64,000 nt of DNA from an uncultured delta proteobacterium (GTDB lineage Bacteria; Myxococcota; Myxococcia; Myxococcales; Myxococcaceae). The position numbers and the translations under genes were made by a program. Where the stretch lies: positions 96,001-160,000 of the forward strand of contig CAWCKH010000002.1 in NCBI GenBank assembly GCA_963796055.1, in the 5' to 3' direction. The notes under the pieces are model-generated. The model was given only the letters and a program-made list of their open reading frames with translations. It did no database searches and was not told where the DNA came from. Position 1 is the stretch's first letter, and every line of letters begins with the position of its first letter. Of the stretch, positions 9,365 to 17,972 are shown piece by piece.

Positions 9365-10068
9365 CTGCCGCCCGTCGCGCGGCGGCGGAGGCCTGGGCCT
9401 TCCGCGCGCGGGTGGAGCAGGACGCAGCGCTGCGGTTCGACCGGCTGGCGGCCACCGTCGCCGGTTTCGATTCCGCCTCCCCCGTCCCGGCGATGATGCG
9501 CCGGGCGGCCGACGACGAGCGCCGGCACACCGAGCTGTGCGCCCGTCTGGCGGGGAGCCTCGGTCATCCCGTGAAGCTGGACCCGGCGGCGGAGCTGCCG
9601 TCGATCGCCCCCCGGTCGCTCGACGCACGCCAGGCGGCGCTCTACGAGGTCGTCGCGGCGTGCTGCATCACCGAGACCGAGAGCATGGCCACGCTCACCA
9701 CCCTGCTCGCCGGTGAGCCCGACCCCGAGGTGCGCGAGGTGCTCCACAGCATCTCCCGCGACGAGGTGCTCCACGCGCGCATGGGCTGGGCGCATCTTTC
9801 ACGCGAGTCGAGCTCCGCCGACGTCACCTTCCTCGCGCCGCTCGTCCCGGGAATGCTCGCCGGTACCATCGACGAGGGCCTCTTCGGCAACCCGCCGGCG
9901 GACGAGGACCCCGAGGGGCTCCTCCGCCTCGGCGTGCTCCCGCTGGCGAAGAAGCGCGAGGTCTTCCTGGGGACCCTGGAACAGGTCGTGTTCCCCGGGC
10001 TGGAGCGCTTCGGAGTGGACCCCGAGCCCGGGCGACAGTGGCTCGCCCACGCTGCCGGGCTGCGCTGA
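9361..10068 (+). CDS. Ferritin-like diiron-carboxylate domain protein (myxobacterial type)
   Basis: E19...DE53RRH56...CCITE105...DE135VLH138, a complete two-ExxH four-helix-bundle ligand set; no signal peptide. Confidence 0.85.
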   Translation: MTAARRAAAEAWAFRARVEQDAALRFDRLAATVAGFDSASPVPAMMRRAADDERRHTELCARLAGSLGHPVKLDPAAELPSIAPRSLDARQAALYEVVAACCITETESMATLTTLLAGEPDPEVREVLHSISRDEVLHARMGWAHLSRESSSADVTFLAPLVPGMLAGTIDEGLFGNPPADEDPEGLLRLGVLPLAKKREVFLGTLEQVVFPGLERFGVDPEPGRQWLAHAAGLR

Positions 10069-10093
10069 GCGCGGGCCGGTCAGCGGACCGGTG

Positions 10094-11737
10094 TCAGAGC
10101 GCCGGGAGCGCCGCGCCGGAGGCGAAGGTCGGTGGCTTCCGCGCGTGCGTCGCCTGCTCGTAGGCGTAGGCGAACGCGAGCAGCCGGGCCTCGCTCCAGG
10201 CGCGGCCGAAGAAGCTCAGGCCCACGGGGAGCCCACGCACCTGGCCCATCGGCACCGTGACGTGGGGATAGCCCGACACTGCCGGCGGCGTGCTGCACCC
10301 GCCGGCCGAGGAGTCCCCGTTCACCCAGTCGATGAGCCACGCCGGGCCCTGCGTGGGTGCCACCAGGGCGTCGAGCTTGTGCCTGTCCATCACCGCGTCG
10401 ATGCCTTCGCGGCGTGACAGGCGAAGGCACGCCTCCCGGGCCTTCCGGTACGCCGGCGTGGTCAGCGGCCCCTTCTTCTCGGCGTCGATGAACAGCTCCT
10501 GGCCGAACAGAGGCATCTCCGCGTCGGCGTGCGCCTGGTTCCACTCGATCAGCGCCTTCAGCGTCCGCGGGCCCGGGCCACCGAGCTTCGACAGGTACCC
10601 CTCGAGGTCTGCCTTGAACTCGTAGAGCAGCACCTCCAGCTCGGGCTCGTCGATCTTCGCCGCGGTGGCGATCGGCGCGGGGTCGACGAGGATCGCCCCC
10701 TCGGCCTTCAGAATCTTGAGGCCCTCCTCCGCGAGGGCGTCCGTCGCCGGGTGGTAGCCGAAGTACTTGGGACGGGGGACGCCGATGCGCGCTCCCTTCA
10801 GCGCGCCCCGGTCCAGCGCCGCGGTGTAACGGACGTCGAACTTCGCCCCCTTCGCCGCAGAGGCTGCATCAGCCGGATCGCGCCCGACGAGCACCTCCAG
10901 CAGCAGCGCCGCGTCGCGCACCGTCCGCGCCATCGGCCCGGCGGTGTCCTGGCTGTGCGAGATGGGGACGACGCCGCTCCTGCTCACCAGACCCATCGTG
11001 GGCTTCACCCCCACCAGCGCCGACGCCGCCGAGGGGGAGACGATGGACCCGTCGGTCTCGGTGCCCACGGCGACCGCGCAGAGGTTCGCGGCCACCGCCA
11101 CCCCCGAGCCGGAGCTCGACCCCGACGGGCTCCGGTCCAGCGCATAGCCATTCCGGCACTGGCCGCCCCGTCCGCTCCAGCCGCTGGAGGAGTGCGAGGA
11201 GCGGAAGTTGGCCCACTCGCTGAGCTGCGTCTTCCCCAGCAGCACCGCCCCCGCCTCGCGCAGCCGGCCCACCAGGAACGCGTCCGCGGGCACCGTGGCC
11301 TCCATGAGCGCGAGCGACCCCGCGGTGGTACGCATCCGGTCCCTGGTCGCGATGTTGTCCTTGAGCAGCACCGGGATGCCGTGCAGCGGGCCGCGGACCC
11401 TCCCCGCCTTGCGCTCTCGATCCAGCGCCTCGGCCTGGGCCAGCGCGTCCGGGTTGGCTTCCAGCACCGAGCGGAGACGCCCGTCGCGCTGGGCGATGCG
11501 GTCCAGGTACTTCTGGGTGATGGACCGGCTGGTCTCCTCGCCACTCGCCATCCGCGCCTGGAGCGCGTCGAGCGTCGACTCGTCGAGCGCGTCCCCGGCG
11601 CCCGCGTCCGCCGCGCTGGCCGGAGCCGCGGCGACCCGTTCCCCGCCAAGCAGCGCCGCCCCCGCCACCCCCAGCTGCAAGAGTCGCCGCCGCGACAGCA
11701 GGTCGAGCAGACCCGCGCCGTTTCCCTTCCGCTGCAT
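10094..11737 (-). CDS. Tat-exported amidase (amidase signature family)
   Basis: SRRRLL twin-arginine signal; GPLHGIPVLLKDN, SGSSSGSG, GTETDGSIVSPS catalytic motifs. Confidence 0.92.
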   Translation of the reverse strand: MQRKGNGAGLLDLLSRRRLLQLGVAGAALLGGERVAAAPASAADAGAGDALDESTLDALQARMASGEETSRSITQKYLDRIAQRDGRLRSVLEANPDALAQAEALDRERKAGRVRGPLHGIPVLLKDNIATRDRMRTTAGSLALMEATVPADAFLVGRLREAGAVLLGKTQLSEWANFRSSHSSSGWSGRGGQCRNGYALDRSPSGSSSGSGVAVAANLCAVAVGTETDGSIVSPSAASALVGVKPTMGLVSRSGVVPISHSQDTAGPMARTVRDAALLLEVLVGRDPADAASAAKGAKFDVRYTAALDRGALKGARIGVPRPKYFGYHPATDALAEEGLKILKAEGAILVDPAPIATAAKIDEPELEVLLYEFKADLEGYLSKLGGPGPRTLKALIEWNQAHADAEMPLFGQELFIDAEKKGPLTTPAYRKAREACLRLSRREGIDAVMDRHKLDALVAPTQGPAWLIDWVNGDSSAGGCSTPPAVSGYPHVTVPMGQVRGLPVGLSFFGRAWSEARLLAFAYAYEQATHARKPPTFASGAALPAL

Positions 11738-11825
11738 GCATCCTCCTGACGTGGGTCGCCGAGCCTGTCATCGGAGACCCCGGGCCGGCCAGCGCTGCGT
11801 TCAGCCGTTGCTACAGGAGGGGGGT

Positions 11826-12794
11826 TCAGCGCTCCGTGGTCGGACAGGGCGAGCGCAGGTCGAGCGCCGCGGCCGGAACCTGGTACACGTCCCGTAGCCC
11901 GTTGCCGGGAGCGGACAGGCGCCGCTCGAGCTGCTCGACAGTCATCGGTGTCGGCGGCGGCTGCCAGTCGCTGCGATTGCTGGTGAAGAAGAAGGTCCGT
12001 CCGTCGGGGGAGAAGCGCGGCCCGAAGTCCCACCCGGGGGAGTTGACACCGGCGCCCAGCGGACGGGGCTCGGTCCACCTGCCCTGACAGCGGAAGCTGA
12101 CGAAGAGGTCGTACTCCCCTGCCCCTCCCGTCCGGCCCCGCCCGCTGAAGACCAGCATCCGGCCGTCCGGGGAGATCCACGGCTCGATCTCCTGGTCCGG
12201 CGTGTTGATCGTCTCCCCGAGGTTCTCCGGCGCGGCGAAGTGGTCTCCGAGCCATCGCGTCTGCCACAGGTCGCACTTGCCCTTCCCGCCCGCTCGCTCC
12301 GAGCCGAAGAAGAGCACTCCGTCGTCGGTCATGGTGGGGAACCATTCGTCCCCCGGGCTGGAGAGCTCGGCCACGTGCCGGGGCGATCCCCAGCCGGTGC
12401 CGGTCCGCTCCATCGTCCAGATCTCGGTGTCCGGCCTGGGCGTGTCTCCCTCCACGGGCCGGTTGGAGATGAAGAAGAGCCGCTTTCCGTCCCGGGTGAT
12501 GGTCACGTCGCCGTCGTTCCAGCGGCCGCTGAAGGAGGCCACGCGCGCCGGGCCCCAGCGTCCTCTCACGCGGCGCGAGACCAGCACCGTCCAGTGGGCG
12601 AAGTCGGGCGTGTTCCGGAGGAAGAAGAGGGTCTGCCCATCGGGGGAGAAGCTCACGTGCGCGTCGTCGTGGCCGGTCGAGACCAGCCCCTCCTCGAACC
12701 GCGTCGGGCCCGTCGGAGGGCTGGCGGCGGCCATCGCCGAGGTGGTGAGCAAGAGGATGCGCAGCGGGTGCAGGAATGAGCGTGGTGATCGCAT
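11826..12794 (-). CDS. Secreted PD40/TolB-like beta-propeller protein
   Basis: Repeated FSPDG / ISPDG / FTSNR units; signal peptide from ATG 12794. Confidence 0.85.
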   Translation of the reverse strand: MRSPRSFLHPLRILLLTTSAMAAASPPTGPTRFEEGLVSTGHDDAHVSFSPDGQTLFFLRNTPDFAHWTVLVSRRVRGRWGPARVASFSGRWNDGDVTITRDGKRLFFISNRPVEGDTPRPDTEIWTMERTGTGWGSPRHVAELSSPGDEWFPTMTDDGVLFFGSERAGGKGKCDLWQTRWLGDHFAAPENLGETINTPDQEIEPWISPDGRMLVFSGRGRTGGAGEYDLFVSFRCQGRWTEPRPLGAGVNSPGWDFGPRFSPDGRTFFFTSNRSDWQPPPTPMTVEQLERRLSAPGNGLRDVYQVPAAALDLRSPCPTTER

Positions 12795-12897
12795 GGTCCG
12801 GCCGAGTGTTCCGGACGAGGCAGGGCCGGGCGCCATCACGAAATCAAGATCGAGCGCGTCGGATGACGGGGCCCGGTTCTTGAAGTCGTTCCCGGCC

Positions 12898-13209
12898 ATG
12901 CTGGTCTCCCTCGCCGTGGCCGCGACGGTGCTCGCCTCTCCCCCTCCGCTGGCGGTGGCAAGCCAGCTGCCGAAGGGCGCGGTCTTGCTGGTCATCGGCC
13001 CCGGGGAGGCGAGTGCACCCGCGTCGCTGCCCCGACCGTCCGCCCCGGTGGTGTCCCCGCCTGCCGCGTTTCTGGGGGGCTTCCTGGATCAGTTCGCGGT
13101 GGTGAAGCCACACCGCTCCGGCCGCGACGCGCCGCCGAGCATGCAGATGTTCCTCCTCATCGCACCGATGAAGGGGAAGGTGGGCGTCCACGCCATGGGA
13201 AGTTTCTGA
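12898..13209 (+). CDS. Small secreted hypothetical protein
   Basis: MLVSLAVAATVLA signal-like start; fills the gap divergent from the PD40 gene; GC3-rich. Confidence 0.5.
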   Translation: MLVSLAVAATVLASPPPLAVASQLPKGAVLLVIGPGEASAPASLPRPSAPVVSPPAAFLGGFLDQFAVVKPHRSGRDAPPSMQMFLLIAPMKGKVGVHAMGSF

Positions 13210-13225
13210 GCCGGGCGGCCGGCTC
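13208..13225. terminator. GC hairpin between convergent genes
   Basis: GAGCCGG-gcgg-CCGGCTC perfect 7-bp stem right at the stop codon; no U tract. Confidence 0.3.
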
Positions 13226-13308
13226 GCTCGTCGGCTTCAGCCCCGCACGTTGCGCGGCGAACGGCGGCTGAACGTTCCCTCGACGCTGGCCAGGTAGTCC
13301 CGTGCGCG

Positions 13309-13920
13309 TCAGTCGAGGAAGCTGACCTCGCCCGAGTCGAGCGCGTAGTCCGCGCCGGCGACTCGAAGCCGTCCGGCGAGCACCAGACGTTCGAGGATCT
13401 CCGACCCGTGCCGGAGCTGGTTCACGGAGGCCCGGATGTTGGCCCGCACCGCCTCCTGCACCAGCCGGGAGCGCTCCTCGGCCAGCTCGGTCTGCAGCAG
13501 TCCCTCGATCGACGGGCGCACCCGGTCCACGATGGACCGCAGTCCCGCGCTCTGGGGCTGGCCGGGCCGCGCCAGCGCCTCCAGCGTGGCCTCGATGGCG
13601 CCGCAGCGGCTGTGCCCCAGCACCACCACCAGCTGCACGCCGAAGCGCTCCACCGCGAACTCCACGCTGCCGATCTGCGACGGGGCCACGATGTTGCCGG
13701 CCACCCGGATGACGAACAGGTCGCCGAGCCCCTGGTCGAAGACGATCTCCGCCGGCACCCGCGCGTCGGAGCAACCGAGGATGACCGCGAACGGACGGTG
13801 GTTGTCGGCCACCTCCGCCCGGCGGACGGCGGAGGTGAGCGCCTCGGAGCGGCGGAGGTTGTTGACGAAGCGGGCGTTGCCGTCCTGGAGGCGGCGGAGG
13901 GCCACCGCGGGGTCCACCAT
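13309..13920 (-). CDS. Beta-class carbonic anhydrase
   Basis: CSDARV, GDLFVIRVAGN and HSRCGA zinc ligands; start MVDPAVALRRLQDGNARF. Confidence 0.93.
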   Translation of the reverse strand: MVDPAVALRRLQDGNARFVNNLRRSEALTSAVRRAEVADNHRPFAVILGCSDARVPAEIVFDQGLGDLFVIRVAGNIVAPSQIGSVEFAVERFGVQLVVVLGHSRCGAIEATLEALARPGQPQSAGLRSIVDRVRPSIEGLLQTELAEERSRLVQEAVRANIRASVNQLRHGSEILERLVLAGRLRVAGADYALDSGEVSFLD

Positions 13921-14043
13921 GGGCGCGCTACCCTGCGACCGGTCGCACCGGGAGGTCAACGACTTCCCGCGCCGTGTGCCGTCGAGAGGACGAACGCCTG
14001 GCGTCAGGCCCAGGGAACAGAGTGCGTCGCGGTGGAGGCGGCG

Positions 14044-15270
14044 GTGGACACCTCGACACTGGAGGCGCGGTACCGCCCGCGGGCACAGCGGGAGGGTATC
14101 GCGCTCTGCCTCTCGGGCGGCGGCTTCCGGGCGGCGCTCTTCCACGCCGGTGCCCTGCGCCGGCTGAACGAGCTGGGCCTGCTCTCGCAGGTTCGCACCA
14201 TCTCCTCGGTCTCGGGAGGCTCCATCGCCAGCGCGCTGCTCGCCTCGGTCTGGACGAGGCTGGAGCGCGACGGCCCGTGCTTCACCAACCTCGAGGCGCT
14301 GTTCGAGCAGCCGCTGCGCGCCTTCTGCGGCCGCAACATCCGCAACTGGCCCCTGCTCTGGGGACGCCTGGACCCGCGCAACTGGCCGCGCCTGCTCTCC
14401 AGCACGTTCAGCGCCACCGACCTGCTGGTCGCCGAGTACCACCGGCTCGTCGGGTCCATCCCGCTGAGCGCCCTACCCCACCACCCCCGCTTCGTCTTCT
14501 GCGCGGCCAACCTCCAGACCGGGGTGAGCTTCGAGCTGTCGGCCAGGTCCATCGGGGACTACGTGCTCGGGTACTCCGAGCCGGGTCGGTTCACCCTCGC
14601 GGAGGCCGTGGCCGCCTCCTCGTCCTTCCCCTTGGCCTTTCCACCCCTGGTGCGCGCGGTCGACGTCGAGGCCTTGGTGGGCGGCGACCCTCGGGCGGTG
14701 GCGATCGGCTTCCGCCCAGGCCCGCGCATCGCCCTGACCGACGGCGGGGTCTACGACAACATGGGGCTCGAGCCGGCGTGGAAGACGCACGAGGTGGTCC
14801 TGGTCTCGGACGGCGGCACCCCGTTCGAGATCCACGCCCGGGCCCGCGCGTGGCTCGTGCCCAGGCTGCTCCGCTCGTTCCAGGTCGTCGCCAACCAGGC
14901 GCTGGCGGTGCGCAAGCGCTGGCTGGTCGCCGCGTATCTCCGTGGCGTGTACCGGGGGGCCTACTGGGGGCTCGGGACGGACCGGGACGAGTACCGGGCG
15001 CCCGGCGCGGCCCGCCCACCGGGCTACTCGGGACGGGTCCTGGACCGGCTTCGGGTCGTCCGCACCGACCTCGACCGCTTCTCTCCCGCCGAGCAATCGG
15101 TCCTGATGAACCACGGGTGGGCTCTGGCCGGGGCTGCGCTCGTGCGCTGGGGAGCGGATCTGACGACGACCCTTGCTCCCCCGGTGGCACCGGACCCGGC
15201 ACTGCTCGACCCGGACGCGGCCCTCGCCGCTCTCGCCGGGAGCGATCGGTTCAGAATCCTCGGCCACTAG
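14044..15270 (+). CDS. Patatin-like phospholipase
   Basis: LSGGGFRA, SVSGGS, DGGVYDN; GTG start with GGAGG RBS. Confidence 0.9.
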   Translation: MDTSTLEARYRPRAQREGIALCLSGGGFRAALFHAGALRRLNELGLLSQVRTISSVSGGSIASALLASVWTRLERDGPCFTNLEALFEQPLRAFCGRNIRNWPLLWGRLDPRNWPRLLSSTFSATDLLVAEYHRLVGSIPLSALPHHPRFVFCAANLQTGVSFELSARSIGDYVLGYSEPGRFTLAEAVAASSSFPLAFPPLVRAVDVEALVGGDPRAVAIGFRPGPRIALTDGGVYDNMGLEPAWKTHEVVLVSDGGTPFEIHARARAWLVPRLLRSFQVVANQALAVRKRWLVAAYLRGVYRGAYWGLGTDRDEYRAPGAARPPGYSGRVLDRLRVVRTDLDRFSPAEQSVLMNHGWALAGAALVRWGADLTTTLAPPVAPDPALLDPDAALAALAGSDRFRILGH

Positions 15271-15335
15271 GTGCATTCACCGAAATGCTTGTCACCTACC
15301 CGGTCCGCATCGGAGAGTGGCGGTGGGAGGGGTCG

Positions 15336-16280
15336 ATGCACAGGACTGCACGGGCCGTGGTCGTCCTGAGCCTGGTGGCTGCGACCGACGCGGGCGCGGT
15401 CGTCGATGAGATTCCGGCCGTCCCGCCCCGCCGGAGCCTGGGCGCCCACCTCTTCATCCCCCGCGAAGGGGTGACCGACCCGTTCACCGCGAGCTTCGTG
15501 GCCAGCAGCTCCGGAGTCGCGACCGGAAGCGCGAAGGGACCGACCTTCGACCTCAATGGCAAGCCGGTGAACATCGAGGACTACAAGGTCCTCGCCTACT
15601 CGCAGCTCTTCACCGCTCAGTGGGGGATCGCCGACTTCTGGGCATGGCGGCTGCGAATACTCGGTAGCATCTACACGGGGACGAACACCGCTGGGGCCGT
15701 GGGCGTGGGGGTGAACGGGCTGGTCCGCGGCAGCGTGGGGACGACCTTGGGCTTCCAGATCGCGGACGACCTCCGGCTGGGTGCCGTGGTCGACGTGGCC
15801 TGGGGTCCATCGGTGGCGCTCAGCATCCTGGACTCGATCCGGCAGAGCATCTCGGAGGGGAGCGTGCAGAGCCCGGTGACGAACTCGTATTCCACCACCG
15901 TCACCCCGACCCTCTCCCTGGCCTGGACGATCGCCCGCGGATGGGGCGCCCTGTTCAACGTCGCCTACGTGAACGGCGTGGTGGAGGTGAACCAGGCGAC
16001 CAGTGACACGGACATGCTCCTCTTCCAGGGGGCGCTGGAGCTCGATCTCCGCGAGCTCGGCGGCATCCCCCTGGGGATCGCGGCCGACTACAGCGCCGGT
16101 TACAGCACGGGCAGGACGCGCTTCCGGCGCTACGTTGCCGGGCTGGGCTTCTTCTACACCGGCCGGCCCGGGCTCACCGTGGGACTGGACCTCGGCTACC
16201 GCCGCTCGCCGCTCGGAACGCACGACATCTTCGTCAGCTCGTTTTCGGGCACGTTCTCGCTTCGCTTCACCTTCAACTGA
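15336..16280 (+). CDS. Hypothetical outer-membrane beta-barrel protein
   Basis: GGGAGG RBS, signal peptide, amphipathic strands, C-terminal SLRFTFN. Confidence 0.7.
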   Translation: MHRTARAVVVLSLVAATDAGAVVDEIPAVPPRRSLGAHLFIPREGVTDPFTASFVASSSGVATGSAKGPTFDLNGKPVNIEDYKVLAYSQLFTAQWGIADFWAWRLRILGSIYTGTNTAGAVGVGVNGLVRGSVGTTLGFQIADDLRLGAVVDVAWGPSVALSILDSIRQSISEGSVQSPVTNSYSTTVTPTLSLAWTIARGWGALFNVAYVNGVVEVNQATSDTDMLLFQGALELDLRELGGIPLGIAADYSAGYSTGRTRFRRYVAGLGFFYTGRPGLTVGLDLGYRRSPLGTHDIFVSSFSGTFSLRFTFN

Positions 16281-16282
16281 CG

Positions 16283-16300
16283 GTACGACCAAGGTCTCAC
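16283..16300. promoter_or_regulatory. Palindromic TF box, copy 1 (GTACGACCAAGGTCTCAC)
   Basis: Intergenic, about 40 nt upstream of the lipoprotein gene; matches four other intergenic copies. Confidence 0.65.
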
Positions 16301-16339
16301 TTGGGTCGGAGCGGGAGACCGGGCGCAGACTGGAGAAGC

Positions 16340-16936
16340 ATGAAGATTCCTCTTGCAGCGTTGACGACGTGCCTGCTCCTCGGTTGTGCGGCCACCAAGA
16401 TCGAGAACACCTGGACGGCGAACCAGCCCCCTCCGCAGCCGATCCAGAAGTTCGCGGTCTTCGCGGTGACCGGGTCTCCCTCGGGGCGAATCGCCTACGA
16501 GGAGACGCTCACCACCCGGCTCAAGGAGGCCGGGCTCCCCGCCGTTCCCGGGTACGACCTGGTGACTTACGACGAGCACCCCTCGAAGGAGGAGGTGATG
16601 CACCGGCTGGAGGAGAAGCAGATCGACGGGGCGCTGGTGAGCCGGATCGATCGGCGTACCACCAAGACCGAGTCCACACCGGTCTGGGTCGGCGGGGGAT
16701 ACGCGGTGGGCTTCTACGACTACTACTACACGCCGGTGGCCATGGGGACCTACACCACCGAGACCAACGAGTTCGTCGTGGAGACGGTCCTCTACAGCCT
16801 GCGCGACAACCGGCCGTACTGGATGGCCCGGAGCAACACCAGCCGGACCAACCCGACCAAGTTCGCCACCGACATCGCCAAGCCGGTGGCGGACTCGCTG
16901 AAGGAGTCGGGCCTCTTCGGTCCGCCCGCCCGCTAG
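16340..16936 (+). CDS. Lipoprotein, DUF4136-like
   Basis: Lipobox LLGC; IDGALVSR strand, Tyr/Gly-rich loop, VETVLYSL...YW C-terminal pattern. Confidence 0.7.
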   Translation: MKIPLAALTTCLLLGCAATKIENTWTANQPPPQPIQKFAVFAVTGSPSGRIAYEETLTTRLKEAGLPAVPGYDLVTYDEHPSKEEVMHRLEEKQIDGALVSRIDRRTTKTESTPVWVGGGYAVGFYDYYYTPVAMGTYTTETNEFVVETVLYSLRDNRPYWMARSNTSRTNPTKFATDIAKPVADSLKESGLFGPPAR

Positions 16937-16961
16937 GAGCGGCCCGGGAGCCCGCCCGAGC

Positions 16962-17846
16962 ATGGGGCATCGAGGCAGCGGCACCGCGGTGGGACTCGCG
17001 CTGGTCGCGTCGGCCCTCGCCCTGGCCTGTGCCCACTCGCCCCCGACCCCCCTCCCTGCGGAGCAGTCCGAGGAGCGCCGCCTGGCGGGAGCGGACGGAT
17101 GGCTCCTGGGGAGCGCGCTCGGCCTCGGGCCCGGCATCCCAGTGGCCTTCATGCACGGTGTGGGAGGGAACCACCACTTCTTCGACCCGCAGCTTGCCGA
17201 CCTCCGGGGCGGACGGCGGGTGCTGGCCTTCGATCAGCGCGGCTGCGGCGGCAGCGCCGATGCGCCGAAGGGGGAGTATGATCTCGACACGCGGGTGCGG
17301 GACCTCGGCGCGGTCCTCGACGTCCTTCGCTTCGACCCGGTCATCCTGGTCGGCCACGGCACCGGGGCACAGGTGGTGGCCCGGTACGCCGAGCGCAACC
17401 CGGAGCGGGTGCTCGGGCTGCTAATCGTCAACCCGGTGAGCGGCAACGCCGCGGCGGCCCGTGTCGCCGACCTGCCCGACGGCGAGCTCCGCCCGGCGCT
17501 CGAGACCTGGCTCGGGACTCTGCTCGATGGCGCGAGCCCCGGCACCCGGGAGAAGGTCCTCGCGTCCGCGCGGACGGCGCGAATCCCGGCGATGCGCGCG
17601 ATGCTGGCCGACGCCGCGGGAACCGACCTCGCGGGGAGCCTGGCCACCTACCCCGGTCCGGTCCTGATCCTCGCTGCTCCGGGCGAGCCCATCCCCGGCC
17701 CCCTTCGTTCCGGGATCGAGACCCGGCGACTCTCCGGCGGAAGCCACTGGTCCACGCTCGATGCGCCGGAGGAGGTGAACAGCGCCTTGCGAGAGTTCCT
17801 CAGGCCGCTCGACGCTGCCGCGGTGAAGCGGCGGAAGGCCGGATGA
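16962..17846 (+). CDS. Alpha/beta-hydrolase-fold lipoprotein with non-canonical nucleophile elbow
   Basis: Lipobox ALAC; HGVGG, DQRGCGGS, GHGTG in place of GxSxG, terminal GSHW. Confidence 0.8.
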   Translation: MGHRGSGTAVGLALVASALALACAHSPPTPLPAEQSEERRLAGADGWLLGSALGLGPGIPVAFMHGVGGNHHFFDPQLADLRGGRRVLAFDQRGCGGSADAPKGEYDLDTRVRDLGAVLDVLRFDPVILVGHGTGAQVVARYAERNPERVLGLLIVNPVSGNAAAARVADLPDGELRPALETWLGTLLDGASPGTREKVLASARTARIPAMRAMLADAAGTDLAGSLATYPGPVLILAAPGEPIPGPLRSGIETRRLSGGSHWSTLDAPEEVNSALREFLRPLDAAAVKRRKAG

Positions 17847-17972
17847 GCGCAAGGGAGCACCGGAATGCGGGCACTGCTCGTCCCTGCCGCGGTGATGATG
17901 CCCGAGGCGAGCGCAGGCCAGCACCTGGCGCCGGAGGCGGAAGGTGAGCCCGGCGAGCGAGGCTCTGGCACA

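Noticed and set aside
13408..14043. Long N-terminal extension of the patatin ORF (similar cases for TolC, kinase and Ig protein)
   Set aside because: Overlaps real opposite-strand genes or lies upstream of clear RBS-linked starts.
14044..15270. Patatin as a CBASS-type anti-phage effector
   Set aside because: No CD-NTase or other defence gene nearby.
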